From a virus (taxonomy: Duplodnaviria > Caudoviricetes), in the IMG/VR virus record IMGVR_UViG_3300005758_000183, positions 1 to 26,821 of that record: 26,821 bases of DNA; one strand, 5' to 3'. Positions 16,736 through 25,812 of the stretch are shown here, one piece after another (position 1 is the first letter of the stretch; each line of letters opens with the position of its first letter). The notes under the pieces are model-generated. The model saw only the letters and a list, made by a program, of their open reading frames with translations, did not search any database and was not told the DNA's origin. The translations under genes and the position numbers were made by a program.

Positions 16736-17608
16736 TTAATACTCGTCTGATTTAAGGTTAGCGATGCGTTCGCGTTCATCACGAATCATTGCTTCGTGTT
16801 CAAACTGTCGTGTAAAGCTAGGATTGCTACCATACTCAATTAGTAGGTCGTCTCTGATTGTTTGGTTTTTCTTTTCGATATTAAGGATGCGAGTGAAACT
16901 GTTGTCAATAGCGGCAGTATAATACGCAAAAGGGTTCTGCGATTTGGACTCGTCGAACTGCAATCCTATCTGTGATAGTTGTAGTAGTGCTTGACTACGC
17001 ATCTCATCTACATAAGTGTAGCCACGCCAGTTGAATCGCATACTGTATCGTTCTACCAAAAGCATAAAACTTTTTGCAAGTTTATTGGTCATTGTGCCAT
17101 GATCTAAGCAGAATTCTCCAGTTTGTACGTCACCCTTCCAGTGGCTCTTGCCTACACATACCAAAATATCCTCGCCATCTACAGTTTCAAATTTAAAATG
17201 TTGGTAGGGTGGGAAATTTACTTTAGTATGATGATCGCCTCTGTTCTTGGGAGTCTTTTTGCGCCCAGGTTCCAGTGGGATGTGATCATGTGTCATAATC
17301 CTAAACACTACATCAGTTTTGGCTACTTTTTTGTAATCAATTTCAACTTCTGCAAGTTTAGTTTTTGGGTTTTCTTTTTGTGCTTCTGCAAGAGCTCGTT
17401 GACTCAATTTCAATGCCCGATTACGTTTAGCTTCTGCTATTGTTCGTATGTTGATTTTGTCCGTATCTGGTAGGATCAAGTCATAGTCACAGTATTCTGG
17501 CTTTGTATATGAGCTATAGTTGTTCTTACTCAAATGGATTTCTTTGAGTAGCTCTTTATTTGTTAGGTATTGTTTTGCTAATGGATTAGCTGTCATTGTG
17601 GTTGCCAT
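16736..17608 (-). CDS. gp55: Late-transcription sigma factor (gp55-like)
   Basis: YLTNKELLKEI, NWRGYTYVDEM, FDESKSQNPFAYYT, RILNIEKKNQ. T4-like gp55-gp47-gp46 order. Confidence 0.9.
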   Translation of the reverse strand: MATTMTANPLAKQYLTNKELLKEIHLSKNNYSSYTKPEYCDYDLILPDTDKINIRTIAEAKRNRALKLSQRALAEAQKENPKTKLAEVEIDYKKVAKTDVVFRIMTHDHIPLEPGRKKTPKNRGDHHTKVNFPPYQHFKFETVDGEDILVCVGKSHWKGDVQTGEFCLDHGTMTNKLAKSFMLLVERYSMRFNWRGYTYVDEMRSQALLQLSQIGLQFDESKSQNPFAYYTAAIDNSFTRILNIEKKNQTIRDDLLIEYGSNPSFTRQFEHEAMIRDERERIANLKSDEY

Positions 17609-17614
17609 GACAAT

Positions 17615-17643
17615 ATTTTAACATCTTGTGTTGAGTGCGTCAA
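17615..17643 (-). promoter_or_regulatory. Host sigma70-type promoter for gp55
   Basis: TTGACG (17643-17638), 17-nt spacer, extended TGn, TAAAAT (17620-17615), then 6 nt to ATG. Confidence 0.8.
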
Positions 17644-17674
17644 CACCTTTGGTTAAAACTATATTTAATTTTGC

Positions 17675-17682
17675 TATAAATA
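17675..17682 (+). promoter_or_regulatory. T4-type late promoter TATAAATA for the baseplate operon
   Basis: Exact consensus, 5 nt before ATG 17688. Confidence 0.8.
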
Positions 17683-17687
17683 GTGTT

Positions 17688-18383
17688 ATGAGCACTGTAT
17701 ATTTGAAAGCAACAAACCCGGTCGCAGGCTGTGCAATGCCACTTGTGTTCCCATTCACTCCGTCAATAGAGTATGGACACGATGTAAAATATGACACATA
17801 TAATTTGGTACATACAAACTACCAGCCGTATGCCTATGCACGAAGTGAACCACCTAGCATCAATATTACAGCAAAGTTTAGCGCCCATACCGAAGAGCAT
17901 TTCAAAATGAGCGAATATGCCATTAGGTTCCTTAGAACTTATACCAAAATGAACTATGGTAGAATGGATGGCGCCAAGGGTCAGCCTCCAAGGATACTAC
18001 GATTTTCCGCTTATGGTAATCAAATATTTGAAAACGTACCGACAGTTTTGGGTAAGTTCAACATAACTTTTCCTGATGACGTTGATTACATACTTGGTGT
18101 ATTTGACAACAAGGGGAATTTAAATACTAGGCCTGTGGGAAGAAACCCTGCGGTCCCAACAAACAGTCAGGGATCAACAGGTCCTGCATCATTAAATTCT
18201 TCCACAGACCCCAACACTATTGTTGTCACAGGTAAAAGAATATCAGAAATACCAATGTATTTGCCTGCTATATTCCAAGTATCACTTACGTTGCATGTTC
18301 AAATGAATACATCTAAAACTGTTATGGATTTTACACTAGACGACTTTAGTAAGGGTGCGTTATCATCTGATGGGTACATCTAA
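17688..18383 (+). CDS. Baseplate / tail-tube initiator or cap (gp48/gp54-like)
   Basis: Start reassigned to ATG 17688 (MSTVYLK). FPFTPSI..., FLRTYTKM and PPRILRFSAYG are tube-fold-type motifs. Precedes a gp53-like gene. Confidence 0.65.
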   Translation: MSTVYLKATNPVAGCAMPLVFPFTPSIEYGHDVKYDTYNLVHTNYQPYAYARSEPPSINITAKFSAHTEEHFKMSEYAIRFLRTYTKMNYGRMDGAKGQPPRILRFSAYGNQIFENVPTVLGKFNITFPDDVDYILGVFDNKGNLNTRPVGRNPAVPTNSQGSTGPASLNSSTDPNTIVVTGKRISEIPMYLPAIFQVSLTLHVQMNTSKTVMDFTLDDFSKGALSSDGYI

Positions 18384-18692
18384 ATGGCAGTAGAATATAC
18401 AGATAAAAGTTATCTTTATGGTGTTGGTACCATTAACAAGTTCTACCTGGACTCTACAATATTGCCATCGCTCGCAGGGTCTACTGGCGATTATATAACT
18501 GTGCCCCCTGAGTGTGAAAATAGACCCGATCTACTAAGTTATCAACAGTATGGATCAAGTAGACTTTGGTGGATTATTGCTTTGGCCAACCCCGATGTAT
18601 TAAAAGATCCTGTTTGGGACCTAAAATCAGGAATGACTTTGTTTGTACCAAACAAAGATATGATACTGGTTAAGTTAGCAGAGGTGAGGTAA
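18384..18692 (+). CDS. gp53: Baseplate wedge subunit, LysM-like (gp53-like)
   Basis: RPDLLSYQQYGSSRLWWIIALAN motif. Confidence 0.85.
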   Translation: MAVEYTDKSYLYGVGTINKFYLDSTILPSLAGSTGDYITVPPECENRPDLLSYQQYGSSRLWWIIALANPDVLKDPVWDLKSGMTLFVPNKDMILVKLAEVR

Positions 18693-19342
18693 TGGCTCGA
18701 CAGACAAGTGGCTTTGGCCCAAGAAAAGGACCAACTTCGGGCGCATCGGAAAATCATCAGGGAGTTGATTATGCTACTCCAAAAGGAAGCCCAATTTACG
18801 CTAATTCAGAACTAACTATTAATAAAGCAGGTGTTGGTTCTGGCTACGGTAATGTTGTTTATGCAACAGATGCGAATGGCACACAATATAGGTTTGGACA
18901 TCTTGATGGTTTTCCTCCTGGTATGAAAGCAGGAGATAAGATCAAACCTGGTGACGTAATAGGATACACAGGAAATACTGGGGTTAGTACGGGCCCACAC
19001 CTTCATTATGAAGCACGCCCAAATGGCGGCGCGGCAGTTGACCCTAATAGTATAGATCCTAAAACAGGAAAACCATATCATGCGGCGCAGGGATTTGAGC
19101 CAGGCAAGTCGCTCAAAGATTCTACCCCAACACCAACAGGCGACAGAAAACCAAATAATCCCAATCCAACTGATCCCAATGCAACTAAAAAAGACGACAA
19201 TAAAAAAGAAGACAAACCAGGTAAAGGTGGAAAAGAAGGTTCGGCGCCTCCTGGAGGCCCAATGGGATCACTAATTGCACGACCTGCAGGTACAATAGGT
19301 TTAACAATAAATCCAAGACATAAGGCACACGACGGAAAATAA
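18692..19342 (+). CDS. M23 family zinc peptidoglycan endopeptidase
   Basis: HQGVDY (HxxxD), GYGN.V, FGHL, IGYTGNTG.STGPHLHYE (HxH). Low-complexity P/K/G tail. Confidence 0.93.
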   Translation: MARQTSGFGPRKGPTSGASENHQGVDYATPKGSPIYANSELTINKAGVGSGYGNVVYATDANGTQYRFGHLDGFPPGMKAGDKIKPGDVIGYTGNTGVSTGPHLHYEARPNGGAAVDPNSIDPKTGKPYHAAQGFEPGKSLKDSTPTPTGDRKPNNPNPTDPNATKKDDNKKEDKPGKGGKEGSAPPGGPMGSLIARPAGTIGLTINPRHKAHDGK

Positions 19343-19344
19343 TA

Positions 19345-21459
19345 ATGGCAGATACCTATTACTTCAGATTAACTTCAATGAGTCCAAAATCGCTTGCTAC
19401 AATGAATTCTAAAGCAGGTGTTGTTGTTGCAGAAACTGCGACCACAGGTAAGTTTTTCATTCAGGAAGTCAACTTTGACCAAATCGTAAGTCCCAATAGC
19501 GACACTTCTGTTGCTTACAATGTGACTGGTGAAATCAAAATAGTAGAACCATTGGGCGCAAGATTTTTAGACTATCTAAGATATGCTGCAATAAAGGCAG
19601 GATGTAATAATCACCTTGACGCAAGATATATTTTAGATATGGAATTACGTGCTGAAAATTATACAGAAGGTGAGTTTTTCTTTGCATTTCCTATAATGCT
19701 TTTGGTCATGGAAATGAAATCATCAATCAGCGAAAAGGGTACAGAATACATAATTCGCTTTAGCCCAGCAGCACATCATAGTCAGACGGATATGACTCAG
19801 CCTCTAAAGGAAACCGTTTCTGTAGATGGTGTTGGTACACTGAAAGAATATTTTGACGGTTTAGCAAAAGAGTTGGAACTTAGTGAGTTTAAGAATGCCG
19901 AAGCGAGGCAAAAAGAAGGAAGCAAAAAAGGTGGTGGTGGTCCACATCCCGCCGCCGCAGATCCCAAACATGATGAATATTATTTCATATTAGATCCTAT
20001 ACTGGAAAATATGAAATTTAATTCTAAGGGAAGTGCAGATGTATCAAGATCAAGTATGTTTACTAGTCCGATACGTTGGTATAATAACAAGTTTGATATC
20101 ACTGCCAAATCAGGAACTACAATAGTATCACAGATAACAAGAGTGCTGCAACAAACAGATGGTATTAGTGCGCTAATGCCTGGTAGAGCAGTACCACAGT
20201 CTAAGGATGGTCAGGGTTCAAGTAAAGATAACGCCGCAGCTAACGAGGCAGGACTTGGTGATATACATAAGTTCTTTAGAATCGAAACGCATACTGTGTA
20301 TAAGGACTTTGATAATATCAGAGGTAGATATGCAGTAAAGCATATTTTTGCAATCTTCTTGGCAGATCAGCCAAACTTATATCAGTACCCAGATGAAATA
20401 GACAAACTCAACGAAGAAGCGGCAAAGGGCAAGGTACTTGCCAAACTTAATTCCTACATAACACGTGGTCTATTGCGTAAAGCATATTACCATTACTATA
20501 CTGGTTTGAATACAGATATTATTAAAGCCAATTTACAGTTTAACATGATGTACTATCTACCTAGCTTCCCTGTTAAGTGGTCTGACAGAGGTACAACTAG
20601 TGATGGTAAGATGAATAAACAAAATAATAATCGCAATGAGACCTCTTTCGCTTACGGTGACAAGGAAGTTGCAGATGCAAGTAAGACCTGGATGTTTGCA
20701 GAGGACGCAGAGTTTGGTTCAATACAGGAAATATTAAGAAAAGCGGGCGCAGCCCTTAGGCCGCGTATGGAGCCAACAGAACCAGTAAAACAAACAGATT
20801 CATCAAAAGATGAGAATGAAGAACTGGTCAACAAGATATTTGAAGTACAAACGTCACCGCATGACCTAATGGAATTAGAATTAGAAATATTTGGAGACCC
20901 ATTCTGGCTTGGTACTCCAAATCTGATGATGGCCGGACAAAAAGGTCTTGCCAAAATGGATGTTAGTGACGGTATGAAAGAAAAGATTATATCTGAACTA
21001 CCTGCTATAGACCCAGACTTCTCATCAAGAAACCACGCTTGGTCAAACTACGACCAAGCACAATACTATCGTGGTGGTAATTTGATTTACTATAATGCAC
21101 AACTACCTACAAATGATGGTGTTGGTGATCTAATGGAATTTTCCACATCAGACCAAATCGTTGGCATTTATATGGTTTGGAAAGTTAAGAACGATTTTAA
21201 AGAAGGCAAGTGGACGCAAACTCTCTATACAAAAAGAGACCTTACTATCCCAAGTAAGTTTATACCATTAGCCGCCATGGGTGGTGCAAGTGGAAGTGAT
21301 AGTGGTTTCCAGGCCTACGTTGATAATGTCGTTTCGTCAAGCACACAACCAGGCGCTAGTGGTAAGGGCGGCTCTAATGTACAACAACCAGTAAATTCAA
21401 ACCCTGAGAAAGAGCGTTCAGAACAAATGAAACAACAAAACATGGGAGGCAAGCGATGA
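19345..21459 (+). CDS. Baseplate hub protein (gp27 / gpD-like fold)
   Basis: LEIFGDPFWLG and GIYMVWKVKNDFKEGKWTQTL are hub-type C-terminal motifs. Directly upstream of the gp5-like gene. Confidence 0.65.
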   Translation: MADTYYFRLTSMSPKSLATMNSKAGVVVAETATTGKFFIQEVNFDQIVSPNSDTSVAYNVTGEIKIVEPLGARFLDYLRYAAIKAGCNNHLDARYILDMELRAENYTEGEFFFAFPIMLLVMEMKSSISEKGTEYIIRFSPAAHHSQTDMTQPLKETVSVDGVGTLKEYFDGLAKELELSEFKNAEARQKEGSKKGGGGPHPAAADPKHDEYYFILDPILENMKFNSKGSADVSRSSMFTSPIRWYNNKFDITAKSGTTIVSQITRVLQQTDGISALMPGRAVPQSKDGQGSSKDNAAANEAGLGDIHKFFRIETHTVYKDFDNIRGRYAVKHIFAIFLADQPNLYQYPDEIDKLNEEAAKGKVLAKLNSYITRGLLRKAYYHYYTGLNTDIIKANLQFNMMYYLPSFPVKWSDRGTTSDGKMNKQNNNRNETSFAYGDKEVADASKTWMFAEDAEFGSIQEILRKAGAALRPRMEPTEPVKQTDSSKDENEELVNKIFEVQTSPHDLMELELEIFGDPFWLGTPNLMMAGQKGLAKMDVSDGMKEKIISELPAIDPDFSSRNHAWSNYDQAQYYRGGNLIYYNAQLPTNDGVGDLMEFSTSDQIVGIYMVWKVKNDFKEGKWTQTLYTKRDLTIPSKFIPLAAMGGASGSDSGFQAYVDNVVSSSTQPGASGKGGSNVQQPVNSNPEKERSEQMKQQNMGGKR

Positions 21460-22886
21460 GTAGAGTAGCAGGCCCATATGGACAGAAACGAACACCAGTA
21501 GAATATAACAAAAATTCTACAGACAGGTTGGGTATTAGCAGTCAGGTCGGTATATTCATGGCTGTGGTAAAAGATAACGCAGACTCGCAGTATTTTAATA
21601 GAATTCGTGTGCATGTGCCGGACTTTGGTGGTGATCCAGAAGATGATGGCAACTGGTTGACTGTGAGTTGTATGAGTCCAATGGCAGGTTCTACCAGTAT
21701 CTATGAGCAGGGTGAAAACTATTCAGAATATTCTGATACTATTAAGAGTTATGGTATGTGGATTCCTACTCCTGCTAAAGACTCTTGGGTAATCGTTGGT
21801 TTTGCCAGCGGTAGAATAGATCAGGGCTTTTATATGGGTCAGGTCCTACAGCGTGGTACTCAAGTTAGTATTCCTGGTATTCCTAGACAAAAAACATACG
21901 ATGGTGAAAATTATCCAGCAGCGCCAAAGAATAAAAAGGATTCAGATCCCGATCTAAAAAAATATGTCACACACAAACCACTCTGGGATGCCGTAAAAAA
22001 GCAAGGACTTGAAAAAGATTACTTGCGAGGCTTATCTACAAGCGGAGCAGAACGTGAGAGTCCGAGCAGAGTATTTGGTATACTAACACCCGAGCAACAA
22101 CAATTTGTTATTGACGATGGTGACAAAGACGGCAATAACATGCAGATGCGTTTCAGAACGAAAAACGGAACGCAACTATTACTTGATGATTCAACAGGTC
22201 ACATCTATCTAATTTCTAAGAATGGTGAAAACTGGCTAGAACTTAGTGTGGACGGACAAGTCCATATATACGGCTCTAACGATATAAACATCCACAGTCA
22301 AAAGAATATAAACTTACGCTCTGACCTTGATGTGAACATAGAAGCGGGTAGAGCCATATCTATGCGATCACGAAGCAGTGACATAACACTACACTCCGGT
22401 GCAAGTATACATTCAACATCAACAAGCAATACACATATAACCAGTCAGGCAGCAGTATATGTCAATGCAGCCGCTGGATATTATGAAACAGCACCAGTTA
22501 TTCACATGAATGGTCCAACGGCAACTCCAGCTACACCGTCTAAGGACAATTCATTACCAGTCAATGACGTCATCAAAACAAGTATATGTACAGTTGTTCC
22601 TGAACATGAACCTTGGCGCGGCCACGCAGGTAAATTCAACTCATCATTTGGTTCTGCGAATGTTAAGCAGGATCCAGCACCAGGACAAACACCTAGACAG
22701 CCAGCCCCTGACGAAAATCCTGCAAAGGATGAAATGAAGGAAGATACGATGTGTAGACTGGATGATGTTAGGACAAGTAAAGAAATGCAAGGAAGCATGA
22801 AAACAGATACTGGATTCACTCCGGCAGCAGTAGACCCCATGGGCAACCAAACGGGTCATGTTGGATTTGGTACAGATTATCCGTGA
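21456..22886 (+). CDS. gp5: Baseplate central spike (gp5 / VgrG-like)
   Basis: N-terminal OB-fold (GIFMAVVKDNAD..NRIRVHVP, SYGMW, VIVGF..G), beta-helix repeats (NIHSQKNINLRSDLDVNIEAG), and VPEHEPWRGH. Confidence 0.85.
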   Translation: MSRVAGPYGQKRTPVEYNKNSTDRLGISSQVGIFMAVVKDNADSQYFNRIRVHVPDFGGDPEDDGNWLTVSCMSPMAGSTSIYEQGENYSEYSDTIKSYGMWIPTPAKDSWVIVGFASGRIDQGFYMGQVLQRGTQVSIPGIPRQKTYDGENYPAAPKNKKDSDPDLKKYVTHKPLWDAVKKQGLEKDYLRGLSTSGAERESPSRVFGILTPEQQQFVIDDGDKDGNNMQMRFRTKNGTQLLLDDSTGHIYLISKNGENWLELSVDGQVHIYGSNDINIHSQKNINLRSDLDVNIEAGRAISMRSRSSDITLHSGASIHSTSTSNTHITSQAAVYVNAAAGYYETAPVIHMNGPTATPATPSKDNSLPVNDVIKTSICTVVPEHEPWRGHAGKFNSSFGSANVKQDPAPGQTPRQPAPDENPAKDEMKEDTMCRLDDVRTSKEMQGSMKTDTGFTPAAVDPMGNQTGHVGFGTDYP

Positions 22887-22894
22887 GGTAAAAT

Positions 22895-23743
22895 ATGGCA
22901 GTTTTAAAAAGCTATTTAGATCAATTAAGAGAACGTTCAGGACCAGCAAGTCAAAAAATAGAAAACTCAGATTTTGCCAAGAGTATGAAAGATCAGACTG
23001 CGGCCGCGGCACAAGCAGTACCTAAGATAGATTCTACACCCATGGACAGGGCGGTAAACTCTTTGGGTGATCCTAACGCACCGCCTTATACAGGTGACGA
23101 TCCAATAGTTAAGGCACGTCTAAGCAAGGGCACAAATACTAACATACCTTATGAGCCTGCAGAAATACAAACCAAGGGCGTTGACGAGGAACAAGCAGAG
23201 CAATTATTTCAAAGAAAGCTGGAAAAGGATCAGGCTGCGGTTAAAGAAGTTTTAAAGTCTGTGGGGGTAACTGAAGTTCCACAACGTGTGTTTGATGGCC
23301 TAATGAGTTTTTACAGAAACACTGGTGATATTACCTATGTCTACTATGACGAAGAAAAGATAGATATGATGGGATTATATGCTGGCCAGGAATGGGAACG
23401 TGTAGCAAACTTTATAGGCAGGGATCAGAGAAATAGCTGGCGTAGACATAAAGATCTGGCCGCAATGCTCAGTGGTGATTACGGTAAACTAGAAGAGAAC
23501 AAAGACATCATTAAGCGTGGACTTGATGATGCCGTTGGTTTGTTGAATAAGGGCAAATACAACTATGCGGCAGGAGCACCTGCATCCTTCGAACAGACTA
23601 TGGCTGTAGGAAGCTCATATCTCAGAAACACAGGGCAATCTATGCCTGGATTAGACTTTGCATCTAAGTCTAAGATACTTGATAACTTGAAAACAAATAA
23701 ACTAACAGACGCACTGAAAAAATTTAGTCTACCTAAATTTTAA
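22895..23743 (+). CDS. Tail-associated protein with a partial, degenerate GH24 lysozyme-like region
   Basis: GVDEEQAEQLF...VKEVL...VPQRVFDGLMSFYRNTG resembles the lysozyme C-lobe IT..EA..LL...Q..FDALVSF.YN.G. GAGG RBS. Confidence 0.55.
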   Translation: MAVLKSYLDQLRERSGPASQKIENSDFAKSMKDQTAAAAQAVPKIDSTPMDRAVNSLGDPNAPPYTGDDPIVKARLSKGTNTNIPYEPAEIQTKGVDEEQAEQLFQRKLEKDQAAVKEVLKSVGVTEVPQRVFDGLMSFYRNTGDITYVYYDEEKIDMMGLYAGQEWERVANFIGRDQRNSWRRHKDLAAMLSGDYGKLEENKDIIKRGLDDAVGLLNKGKYNYAAGAPASFEQTMAVGSSYLRNTGQSMPGLDFASKSKILDNLKTNKLTDALKKFSLPKF

Positions 23744-24036
23744 TCGCCAACTTCTTCTAACCATGGTTCATCCTCGATGCCATAGGTTATATTGTATGTG
23801 CGCCCGTCATGCTCGTATTCGTCTGTCCAGAAGCGTTGGTTATTTGATGATGACACGGGTTCCTTTAAGCTGAGTACAAGCATCATGTGCTTGTACTCTT
23901 CACCTTCTATCCTGCGTTTTGCTGGCCCCATAACTCCACGGATCCATGCACGGGCTTCTTCGGGGGACATAGCGGCGTGTTTTGCCCTAATAGCAATCCA
24001 ATCAGCCTCAGTTAAGTGCCCAGTTCTTTTAGTCAT
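23740..24036 (-). CDS. Hypothetical protein
   Basis: 98-aa ORF, last of a tightly packed minus-strand run that converges on the baseplate operon. Confidence 0.7.
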   Translation of the reverse strand: MTKRTGHLTEADWIAIRAKHAAMSPEEARAWIRGVMGPAKRRIEGEEYKHMMLVLSLKEPVSSSNNQRFWTDEYEHDGRTYNITYGIEDEPWLEEVGD

Positions 24037-24163
24037 CTAAATAGACCGCATCTACTTGGCCGTAGCCAGCTTTGTACACACAAAAATGTGTGGCTTCATG
24101 TAGGGTATCGAATCTTCTAGTTGATCTTGTGCCACCTGTCATGTAATATTTTACAATCCACAT
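24029..24163 (-). CDS. Hypothetical 44-aa protein (not in the ORF track)
   Basis: MWIVKYYMTGGTRSTRRFDTLHEATHFCVYKAGYGQVDAVYLDD. TAATG coupling to the upstream gene; fills the gap exactly. Confidence 0.6.
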   Translation of the reverse strand: MWIVKYYMTGGTRSTRRFDTLHEATHFCVYKAGYGQVDAVYLDD

Positions 24164-24531
24164 TATTTCTTTACGAATGGCGCCAACTCTGGCGGTGTCC
24201 AGCCTACGGGCTTCAATACCTTTCCATCTTCGCGCTTTCGCACCTTCCCTGTTTCTTTATCAATTTTAGCGAAGTTGGTTCGCATGACTTCTTTCCAACC
24301 GCCTTCACCATCCATACCTGCACTATGAATAGCACCGATGGTAACAACAAGAATGTCTTCTAGCGCATCTAGCTGCTCAACGATATCACCTGCGGCGATC
24401 GCTTCTTTCAGTTCTTTAAACTCTTCTTCGATTAGATTAATGTAGAGTTTGTATTGATCTTCGTTGAAGCTATCGACCGTTTGATCACAGGCTCGCATAA
24501 ATTTTTCTTGGTCACGGAATGGGTTTGTCAT
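24163..24531 (-). CDS. MazG-like NTP pyrophosphohydrolase (DR2231 / PRA-PH type)
   Basis: Start ATG 24531 (ATGA overlap). LIEEEFKEL, EQLDALEDILVV, EVMRTNFAK, REDGKVLKP.GW. Confidence 0.88.
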   Translation of the reverse strand: MTNPFRDQEKFMRACDQTVDSFNEDQYKLYINLIEEEFKELKEAIAAGDIVEQLDALEDILVVTIGAIHSAGMDGEGGWKEVMRTNFAKIDKETGKVRKREDGKVLKPVGWTPPELAPFVKK

Positions 24532-24755
24532 AGTTTTAGTGTTTCCATAAGTTGTTCTTCTGCAGTCATACAGGCCACAGGTTTGAGCCATCCATTAGTG
24601 ATGCACTCTGATATAATTAGTCGGTATTCCTTTGGGCAACCTTGACTAATTTCAAATCCAGCACGTTGAGCAACAACCAGTCCGTCACTGATTGTAAACA
24701 ACGGATCGCCTTGCTTTACTGTCCTTAGATTTGATTTTTTAATGCTGATGTTCAT
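24528..24755 (-). CDS. Hypothetical protein
   Basis: 75 aa, ATGA overlaps at both ends. Confidence 0.7.
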   Translation of the reverse strand: MNISIKKSNLRTVKQGDPLFTISDGLVVAQRAGFEISQGCPKEYRLIISECITNGWLKPVACMTAEEQLMETLKL

Positions 24756-24985
24756 TTTTTAAGATTATCCATCATAACTTGTTCCATCGTCACCCTAAGT
24801 TCTTCTTTATGAATCTTGTGTGCAACAGGTACAAGTGATGTCATAAGTTCCATAAGCATTTCTTTACCAGGGTCATTGAGGTGCGAGTGACTTTCACTTA
24901 CGCTACTCATATACCCATATTTGGAATTCTTCAAGCACTCAATAAGTTGAGTTGCGAGAATTGCTCCTAGTTCTTGACGTTTCAT
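24752..24985 (-). CDS. Hypothetical protein
   Basis: Likely start ATG 24985 (MKRQELGAIL). The longer track ORF overlaps the upstream gene. Confidence 0.6.
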   Translation of the reverse strand: MKRQELGAILATQLIECLKNSKYGYMSSVSESHSHLNDPGKEMLMELMTSLVPVAHKIHKEELRVTMEQVMMDNLKK

Positions 24986-25001
24986 CTCCAGATCTTTCTG
25001 T

Positions 25002-25586
25002 TTAAAATTCAGAAGGATTGTCGTCATCCTCTTCATCGTATTTGCCAGCGGCTTTGGCATGTTCATCGCATAGCGTCTGTATCCAGCCACCAGGACGCCT
25101 GCGGCCACGACTGCCACATTCCTCACAGGTCGTAGCAGACATGTATTCAGCCATAACACTGATACCATGTGTATATTCGTCGCCGCCGTTGTAATAAAAC
25201 CTGAGCGTTCCGAATTTTTCCTTGACTTGGACAGCAACGACTTGCGGTATAGGATCTGGAATTGCCTTTGGTTCATTTTCTAAAAACGTTTCTTTTGTTT
25301 TACTAACGTACTCTGCATTGAATTTTGCGTGGTACTCGTCAAATGCACGCCAGTCACCGTGACGTGCATCTTCTAGCATTTGATTGAAGTTTATTGCATG
25401 TTGCCTTGTCTGTTCTTTCCAGTCAAGGTGACTTTGAATTGCATGACACATATTATCTATGATATCATACCATCCATCACCATGTTCGAAACCCCAACAC
25501 ATCAGGGTTTCTTTCATGTCACCACGACGATCCTTAAATATTTTAGGATACTTCTGGCACAGTTGTTTGTCTAGATCTTGATTCAC
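25002..25586 (-). CDS. Conserved-looking phage protein with a C-terminal Zn-binding motif
   Basis: GWYDII, QVKEKFGTLRFY, TCEECG...WIQTLCDEH. Confidence 0.75.
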   Translation of the reverse strand: MNQDLDKQLCQKYPKIFKDRRGDMKETLMCWGFEHGDGWYDIIDNMCHAIQSHLDWKEQTRQHAINFNQMLEDARHGDWRAFDEYHAKFNAEYVSKTKETFLENEPKAIPDPIPQVVAVQVKEKFGTLRFYYNGGDEYTHGISVMAEYMSATTCEECGSRGRRRPGGWIQTLCDEHAKAAGKYDEEDDDNPSEF

Positions 25587-25812
25587 GGTTAGCTTTCAAT
25601 ACAGTGCTATGCACACTTTCAAAGGTCCTAAATGCCTTATCAAACTTGATCTCATAAATTTCTTTGAGACCTGATAATGCATTGGCAATTTGATCTGGTG
25701 TCATATCGTATTCGAGGACACCTTCTAGGATAGTTTCAATCTGGCTGGTAATCGTCCAGCAGTCAAGAATCTGTTGTTCTAGCTCGAAACTTTCGTTGAC
25801 TTCCTGGTCCAT
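25543..25812 (-). CDS. Hypothetical acidic helical protein
   Basis: 89 aa, TAATG coupling, FELEQQILDCW motif. Confidence 0.7.
   Translation of the reverse strand: MDQEVNESFELEQQILDCWTITSQIETILEGVLEYDMTPDQIANALSGLKEIYEIKFDKAFRTFESVHSTVLKANRESRSRQTTVPEVS

Noticed and set aside
22884-22897. TGA read-through or recoding joining gp5 to the next ORF
   Set aside because: The ORFs are in different frames, the second has its own RBS, and TGA is a normal stop elsewhere (ATGA overlaps).
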